NCBI GenBank assembly: GCA_025210775.1
Contig: JAOARB010000010.1
Span: forward strand, 39,502-103,501
Origin: Prolixibacteraceae bacterium
GTDB taxonomy: Bacteria; Bacteroidota; Bacteroidia; Bacteroidales; Prolixibacteraceae
DNA length: 64,000 nt
Direction of reading: 5' to 3'
Below the pieces are notes generated by a model that saw only the letters and a list, made by a program, of their open reading frames with translations, was not told the origin of the DNA and did no database searches. The first letter of the stretch is position 1, and every line of letters starts with the position of its first letter. Position numbers and translations under genes: made by a program. Below, piece after piece: positions 58,981-64,000 of this stretch.

Positions 58981-60615
58981 TTATAAACTTTTTAATTCTG
59001 TTAAATTCTCTCTTTTATGATTACGTTCGATTTTTCCTTCATTTATGTTACCCTGAAATTCTTTGGTAAATGTCATTTTAGTTATAAATGGTTTGTAACC
59101 TCTTAGGTGTTGTAATGTAAACCAAGCAGCAAAAGCTTCCTTCGCTATAGGAATTGTATTAGGAATATCTTCAATATCTGTAATATCAAGACCAAAGTGA
59201 TCCCATAAAGTCACTTCATAACTTAGACTATAATTATCTTTGTCAAACTGAATTCCTAACACATACACTTCTGTTGCCCAAATATCATTTAAAGCTATTG
59301 TTTCACCCTTTATAGTATCTAATAACGAACCAAATGTTGGTTTTGCAAACTTGCGTCCTTTAGCAGTTGTTTTCCCTCTATACCCCCTTTCATCATAGTT
59401 CATATCTATTTGCATTTCTATAATCTCTGATAATTTCCCTTTGCTTGTTTTTATTTGTTCGGCAATAAAGTCTTCTAAATTTGAACAATATTCCAAGGTA
59501 GCTTTATGGTTTGCTATATCTTCTGTTAATACAGGATCTTCATAAATACCTCCTTCATTTCGTTTGAATTTGGCAATCATTCGTTTTATATTTCCTTCAA
59601 GATTACCATAGGAGTAACATAATGTAGCCCACTTTTCAAATGATTTAAAAATATTTTCATCACTTGTGTCCCAAAACATTAAATTACCTTCATGATAATC
59701 TTTAATATCATTACCTGATGCCTCAAAAACCCAATTTTTGATTAGCCAAGCTCTGGCATTATATATTCTTTCTTTTGAATATATAGCTTTGGGAAAACTA
59801 GCCTTATCAAACTTAAGAGCAATTTCCATCATTTTTGCATTGTTTTGAATATCAATATCTCTTTGAACATTAGCAAAATAGTCAGACCCCTCTGATGGAA
59901 TTGAATAATTAAAAGGTTTATCAAATGGATTTTCTCTTAAACTTTCAATATTTGCAAAAACAGCATGCTTTTCAATATCAAAACCATTTTCAACATATTC
60001 CTTTTTAAATCGCTCTACAGATTCTAAATTATAAACATTGTCTATGGTTTTATTTGCAACTCCTTTACCATAAGTTAAATCTTCTGCAATATTTGTTCCT
60101 GATCTATTTAGCCCTGGAACTTTAAATCTGTCTACACAGAATGGGAAAGAAACAACTGGTACTTCAATACTAACTTTTTCTACTGGATTCGCTACGTATG
60201 CAAAAATTCTTATTTTTTTTGATTTCTTGGCTTTGTATTTAAAACAAATAACTTTCTCTTCATCTAAATATGGGTTTTCTTTCTTTTTATATTCCAAGTC
60301 AACAATATCTCCATCGTCAATTTTTTCTGCCCACCATATATGTTTTATTGGTTTAAGTGTTGATTTTTGAAATTCAGTAGCCTTAAAAATATACTCTTGT
60401 CCTTCTATCATTTCTTCAACTAGCCTACCATTCTCGTTAAAAGGGCCTTCAATTTTTCTTACCAAAGGTTTTTGTATTTTCAACGAAGCACTTTTACATG
60501 TCTTATCATTCATAGGTTCTCCTTTAATGCTTACCGTAACAGTAAGAGTACCATATTCTTCTTTATTCCTTGGCGGATTTTCTTTTTCTAGCATTTGGAT
60601 TTTATTATCACCCAT
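58981..60615 (-). CDS. 544-aa signal-less protein with a DUF3289-like C-terminal domain (candidate secreted toxin/effector)
   Basis: A long uninterrupted ORF in about 27% GC DNA. The C-terminal block NDIWATEVYVLG...YEVTLWDHFGLDITDIED...AAWFTLQHLRGYKPFITKMTF matches my recollection of DUF3289 (..DTWAT..DHFGLD..WF.LQ..KPF.T.M). This is unverified. Confidence 0.65.
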   Translation of the reverse strand: MGDNKIQMLEKENPPRNKEEYGTLTVTVSIKGEPMNDKTCKSASLKIQKPLVRKIEGPFNENGRLVEEMIEGQEYIFKATEFQKSTLKPIKHIWWAEKIDDGDIVDLEYKKKENPYLDEEKVICFKYKAKKSKKIRIFAYVANPVEKVSIEVPVVSFPFCVDRFKVPGLNRSGTNIAEDLTYGKGVANKTIDNVYNLESVERFKKEYVENGFDIEKHAVFANIESLRENPFDKPFNYSIPSEGSDYFANVQRDIDIQNNAKMMEIALKFDKASFPKAIYSKERIYNARAWLIKNWVFEASGNDIKDYHEGNLMFWDTSDENIFKSFEKWATLCYSYGNLEGNIKRMIAKFKRNEGGIYEDPVLTEDIANHKATLEYCSNLEDFIAEQIKTSKGKLSEIIEMQIDMNYDERGYRGKTTAKGRKFAKPTFGSLLDTIKGETIALNDIWATEVYVLGIQFDKDNYSLSYEVTLWDHFGLDITDIEDIPNTIPIAKEAFAAWFTLQHLRGYKPFITKMTFTKEFQGNINEGKIERNHKRENLTELKSL

Positions 60616-61237
60616 AACTTTATTGTTTTCAATATGATTGTTTAATATTTTGTAACGTTGGTTATATACAATACATCTTAGTAATAGCTAATCGCAGAAA
60701 CAGATACGATATATAAACAAGTGTAGTGTACAGTTTAATCTATACTTTCATCTTTAATGTATTAAAACTTGCATTTGTCAGTTGAATAATCGAATTGATG
60801 TCATATAAAATTTCAAACAAGAAATCACACACAAGTAGAGAATATGAGTAAAACCCATTTCATCGAATAAGATTACACACACTTTACTAAATAAAGAGGT
60901 TAAATAGTAGCAATAGGGACATGACAAATATAATTATATTTCACCTTATCGATTATCAAACATTAACATAATTACACATTTTAATACAAACAAATCTTTT
61001 CTTTAATGCAATAATGTCTCACATAGGGGATTGGAATCCGTTGATACTGTAGATACGATAATGCATCTTTGATGTATTATCGTATCTTTTTAATCAAAAA
61101 TCTTACTCGTCCCTTTTTAATCGGTGTTAAAGCATCATCACGAAATTCCCTAAAACGTATCATAAATGATTGTGATATAGAAATCAAATTCCGATGGGAT
61201 GACATGATTATATTGCCATTATGCAATATTCAATAAA

Positions 61238-61283
61238 TCGACAAAACGAAATAAAAAGGGCAGACACATAGGTCTGCACCCTA
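61238..61283 (-). repeat. terminator-like hairpin repeat, copy B
   Basis: The minus strand reads GTAGGGTGCAGACCTATGTGTCTGCCCTTTTTATTTCG. Stem GGG(T)GCAGAC/GTCTGCCC plus a T-run. Same orientation as copy A. Confidence 0.65.
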
Positions 61284-61400
61284 CTTCACATTGAATCAAC
61301 GTTTTATAACCAAGCCATTTTCTGATGTGGGGATTGTTGAAGCAAAAACACGCTTGTGCTATTTGTGCGGAAATTCGATATGAAAAGGAAGATGTTTTAC

Positions 61401-61525
61401 ATAGGTTAAATAAAGGGTTTGTCCATGGTTCCTCCATGGTTCCTCCATGGTTTGTCCATCGATTTGGGGGTTTTCGATGGAGGAACCATGGACAAACCAT
61501 GGAGGAACCATGAAGGAAGTACCTA
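61401..61525 (-). repeat. CCATGG-phased palindromic interspersed element, copy 3 (inverted relative to copies 1 and 2)
   Basis: The reverse complement has a centre identical to copy 1 (CGAAAACCCCCAAATCG), arms of 3 and 4 units, and both flank motifs. Confidence 0.85.
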
Positions 61526-61888
61526 TGAAAGCACTATTTTTCGGGTATTTTTTTTGTTGGAGACACTGTCTTATAAAGAGGACGTTTATTATTCCTTAAG
61601 AAGAACGTAAAAATGGTTTTAAAGATGGGATAATATGGTGTAAAGCGAAGAGTTTAAAGAGTTCGATAGGGATGGTCTAAAGGGGGGTGTTTATGTGGTA
61701 GGAAGAGGAGAAAAGAGGGAAAGGGAAGAAAACGCATAAGGTTATCAACAATGTTTATAAACAACATAATAAATTAAAAATAAAGTGATTACTTTAGAAC
61801 AATAGATCCTATAGAGAAGTTATTCACAAGGTAGATTTGAGCAAGTCATATCTTTCCTTAATTTTGTTTTAGTTACCCTATTCAAACG

Positions 61889-63184
61889 ATGATGACAAAA
61901 AGAAAAAGCATTCTACTTATATCCTACTATTGGCCACCATGTGGAGGGGTTGCCATCTTTAGACCTTTGATGATGGCCAAGCACCTACAGAAGATGGGAT
62001 GGGATGTCACTGTATATACAGCGAAAGATGCCTTTTATCCTAGCTATGATCATGAGGTGGAGATTCCCTATGGCATTAAGATTCTACGAGGAAAGATATG
62101 GGAGCCTTATCGCATCTTTAAGACTTTTGCTGGACGTAAGAAGGAGGACAGTGCCAACCCAGTCTATGTGAGAGATAAGAAATTTTCGTGGAAAGACCAG
62201 CTGGCTATTTGGATACGAGGGAATCTTTTTATCCCTGATGCCCGTCGTTTTTGGATCGAACCATCGATAAAGAGGTTGTGTCGACATCTTGAGCATTCGC
62301 CAGTGGATGCGATTATCTCGACAGGACCGCCACACTCTAGTAACATGATTGGTCTTGGGGTAAGCCAGAAATGCAACCTTCCCCTATTGGTCGATTTTCA
62401 AGATCCATGGACACAGGTGGATTATTATAAGATGCTAAAGATCTCTGGCTGGGCAGACAAGCAGCATAAGAAGATGGAACAAAGGCTTTTTGAGGGAGCC
62501 AGTGCCATAACGATTGCGAGTCCTAGTTGGGCTAAGGATCTGGAAGAGATAGGGGCAAAAAATGTTACCCCTCTTTTGCTTGGATATGAAGAGGCTGAAT
62601 TTGAAGGTCTAAAGAAAGAGAAAGAGAAATTCCGTATCGTGCATGCTGGCATATTGGGCTATGATAGAGCCCCTATAACGCTTGTCGATGTGTTGGCCGA
62701 CCTTTGTAAGGCAAACAAAGATTTTCAGTCCTCTTTGGAGGTGGTCTTTGCTGGGGTGGTCGATGTGGGTCTTCAAGAGTATATCATCCATAGAGGCATT
62801 GTTGATAAGGTTGATTTCACGGGTAATGTCACGAAGAAGGAGGCGTTGCAATACAATATGAATGCTGCGATCCAACTGCTTCCTTTGAACAAAGCGGACA
62901 ATGTCAAAGGACGTATCCCTGGGAAATTATATGAGAATCTAAGGAGTGGCAACCCTATATTGTGTCTGGGACCTAAAGATAGTGATGTGGGTAATATTAT
63001 CGAGTCATGCCATGCTGGGGTAACGGTGGATTATGATGATGCAGAGAAGATAAAATCATTTATCATTGAGAAATTCCACCAATGGAAAGAGGGTCATGAG
63101 AAAGAGATTGATCCTTTGGTGAGGAGTTTTGATGTGGCCAAGCAGATGGAGAAATTATCGACCCTATTAAATCAAATTTGTTAA
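61889..63184 (+). CDS. glycosyltransferase (GT4-like, GT-B fold)
   Basis: 431 aa. N-terminus ILLISYYWPPCGGVAIFRPLMMAKHLQKMGWDVTVYT and a C-terminal nucleotide-sugar-binding half (GRIPGKLYENLRSGNPIL). Confidence 0.75.
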   Translation: MMTKRKSILLISYYWPPCGGVAIFRPLMMAKHLQKMGWDVTVYTAKDAFYPSYDHEVEIPYGIKILRGKIWEPYRIFKTFAGRKKEDSANPVYVRDKKFSWKDQLAIWIRGNLFIPDARRFWIEPSIKRLCRHLEHSPVDAIISTGPPHSSNMIGLGVSQKCNLPLLVDFQDPWTQVDYYKMLKISGWADKQHKKMEQRLFEGASAITIASPSWAKDLEEIGAKNVTPLLLGYEEAEFEGLKKEKEKFRIVHAGILGYDRAPITLVDVLADLCKANKDFQSSLEVVFAGVVDVGLQEYIIHRGIVDKVDFTGNVTKKEALQYNMNAAIQLLPLNKADNVKGRIPGKLYENLRSGNPILCLGPKDSDVGNIIESCHAGVTVDYDDAEKIKSFIIEKFHQWKEGHEKEIDPLVRSFDVAKQMEKLSTLLNQIC

Positions 63185-63192
63185 TTCTGAAT

Positions 63193-64000
63193 ATGCGACT
63201 AAAAGCAGATATAAAACTTTCGAAACAGATAAAAAACTGGATACAGACATTATGTATCCGCCCTTGTTTATGGCTGGCCTATACCTTCCTTCATCTTTTC
63301 TCTATCAAGAGAAAAAATAGGGTTGCTGTTTTTATTATCGAGAGACATTTTTTTGATAATACCAAAGCATTGGCTCCTGTGATCTCGGAGGAAAAAGACT
63401 TGGAAGTGGCTTTTATCGTTAAACACCCATCGGTGAGACAGGAGATGGAAAGAGAAGGCTATCGTGTCTATAAGATGCATGGCTTTGCCGCCTTGCGTTT
63501 CTTTTTGACTTCTTCGTTGGTGATCTTTTCTTACGGCAGTAGTTTTATTGAGATGTTTCCCTATTTTATCTCTCCTCGATGGCAGATCGTGGCTTTTATG
63601 GGACATGGCATCCCCGTGAAAGCATTGAGCCGTTTGGTGCCTAAATACCAACATTATGGAAACCACCTGCTTCTTCAAAGTTATACCCATGCCTTGTGTA
63701 GTGGTAAACCAGAATCGGAAACGTTATGCAAAGCGCATGATATTCCTATCGAGGATACTTGGATCACAGGAATGCCTCGGACCGATCGTTTGATGACATT
63801 GGTGGAGGAGCCTGAAAAGAGGGTAAGGTCGATTGATAAGGGGGATAAAAAAGCGATTCTTTATGCTCCTACGTGGCGTGCCTATGGTAAGACGGATTTC
63901 TTCCCTTTTGAGGATCATGACATTAAGAAGGTGCAACAGTGGCTTGAAGCCCATGATGCAATTCTCTATTTTAGGGTTCATAAGGAGGACCTTCACCTAA
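63193..64000 (+). CDS. CDP-glycerol glycerophosphotransferase (TagB/TagF) family protein, 3'-truncated by the window end
   Basis: Hand translation from ATG 63193 runs open for 269 codons to the window edge. Motifs GHGIPVK, ITGMPRTDRL and ILYAPTWR. It is absent from the ORF track because no stop codon is reached. Confidence 0.75.
   Translation, partial: MRLKADIKLSKQIKNWIQTLCIRPCLWLAYTFLHLFSIKRKNRVAVFIIERHFFDNTKALAPVISEEKDLEVAFIVKHPSVRQEMEREGYRVYKMHGFAALRFFLTSSLVIFSYGSSFIEMFPYFISPRWQIVAFMGHGIPVKALSRLVPKYQHYGNHLLLQSYTHALCSGKPESETLCKAHDIPIEDTWITGMPRTDRLMTLVEEPEKRVRSIDKGDKKAILYAPTWRAYGKTDFFPFEDHDIKKVQQWLEAHDAILYFRVHKEDLHL

Noticed and set aside
63268-63996. Minus-strand track ORFs 63268-63690 and 63724-63996.
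   Set aside because: They are antisense shadows of the plus-strand TagF-like CDS, which has clear family motifs.
1-64000. A search for CRISPR arrays, rRNA genes, transposases, integrases and prophage genes.
   Set aside because: I saw no regularly spaced direct repeats with unique spacers, no rRNA-like conserved stretches, and no ORF with DDE, tyrosine- or serine-recombinase or phage structural motifs.

Overview
This looks like a 64-kb chromosomal segment of a Bacteroidota genome. Supporting signs are type IX secretion (T9SS) genes, TonB-dependent and beta-barrel outer-membrane proteins, a DUF2723 pair, TAnnTTTG-type promoter boxes, and mature secreted proteins starting with Gln. Most of the window is housekeeping or envelope backbone: asd, hflX, a TonB-family protein, a dGTPase-like gene, a purine permease, purD, cysS, a PfkB kinase, a GH92 mannosidase, a canonical MacAB/TolC-type ABC efflux operon, 2 tRNA-Gln and 1 tRNA-Asn.

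Four things stand out:
1. A tight six-gene minus-strand operon (33.9-39.5 kb). It encodes five secreted paralogs that share an unassigned N-terminal module. Only the last one carries a T9SS type-B sorting domain. A dedicated PorP/SprF gene follows, and porW/sprE-like and porX genes lie directly upstream on the same strand.
2. A markedly AT-rich island (about 57.5-61.9 kb). It holds a signal-less 544-aa protein whose C-terminus resembles DUF3289, followed 8 nt later by a Cys-rich lipoprotein. This is a candidate orphan effector/immunity pair, bracketed by direct copies of a terminator-like hairpin.
3. A three-copy interspersed element built from 11-bp-phased CCATGG units arranged as a long imperfect palindrome.
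4. A probable metal-uptake locus: a His/Cys-rich small membrane protein plus a TonB-dependent receptor with a 12-His/37-residue acidic insert.

No CRISPR array, rRNA, transposase or integrase was seen. All family assignments come from motif recognition by eye and need HMM or BLAST confirmation.
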